Source: Amphiscolops sp. MND2022 (lineage: Eukaryota). From it: a stretch of 64,000 nt of DNA. Below, in pieces: positions 63,581 to 64,000 of the stretch. Both the position numbers and the translations under genes were made by a program. The stretch is taken from positions 67,148,001 to 67,212,000 of the forward strand of contig OZ076409.1 in assembly GCA_964187785.1 (NCBI GenBank), in the 5' to 3' direction. The notes below the pieces were generated by a model. That model was not told the origin of the DNA. It worked only from the letters and a program-made list of their open reading frames with translations, and made no database searches. The first letter of the stretch is position 1; each line of letters opens with the position of its first letter.

Positions 63581-64000
63581 TACCGGATTTGAACCATAAA
63601 AACTAAGATTCCGCCTGCCGATTGTTCCAAGGGTAATCGGCTGAAGCGACAGAATTGCTGAGCAGCATTTCACATATTTTGATGGCTTCATACCTTTGGA
63701 GGTTGAAAAGGGGCGACAGATTGTTACCATTTGATGGGGTTTTGGTAGGGTGGGCGGAAATAGGTCGAAGGAACGGGATCGAAAATCAGAGTTAGTCCTC
63801 AGGTCGACATACCAAATTTTTGGAATGGGATCGAAACAACTCGGATCGAAATTTTTATAATGTAGTCAGATATGTTCACATACCCCTAGTGCCCTGAATG
63901 CAGGAGCGAAGCGAAGCGGAGCGACGTGCCATATGGCCATGCCTCAATGTTGCTACTTGGCGAAGGGAGCGGAGCGACCAAGCCATACGACAAATACGAT

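Overview
AT-rich, repeat-dense eukaryotic (invertebrate animal) genomic DNA. Almost the whole window lies inside one large minus-strand gene, a CAMSAP/Patronin microtubule minus-end regulator. Eight coding exons can be joined with compatible phases from 62415 down to 5969, and the C-terminal CKK exons lie beyond the left edge. Two complete genes are nested in its introns: a 7-exon alpha-1,6-fucosyltransferase (FUT8, + strand, 25850-31662, about 556 aa) and an intronless SLC18B1-like MFS transporter (- strand, same strand as the host, 52510-53913). The remaining intron space holds transposons: a Ty3/Gypsy element with 5' LTR and PBS (1-5534), a probable solo LTR with an internal ORF, an internally deleted BEL/Pao element that keeps an open integrase-only ORF, two CRE-clade LINE copies, a decayed CR1/L2-like LINE, a Penelope GIY-YIG fragment followed by a minimal hammerhead ribozyme, and hAT and Tc1/mariner-type MITEs. 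At least four families of non-autonomous Helentron/DINE-1-like elements are present; they nest in one another, carry tRNA-like B-box cores and are amplifying a ~171-bp tandem unit. All homology calls come from motif recognition by eye, not database searches.
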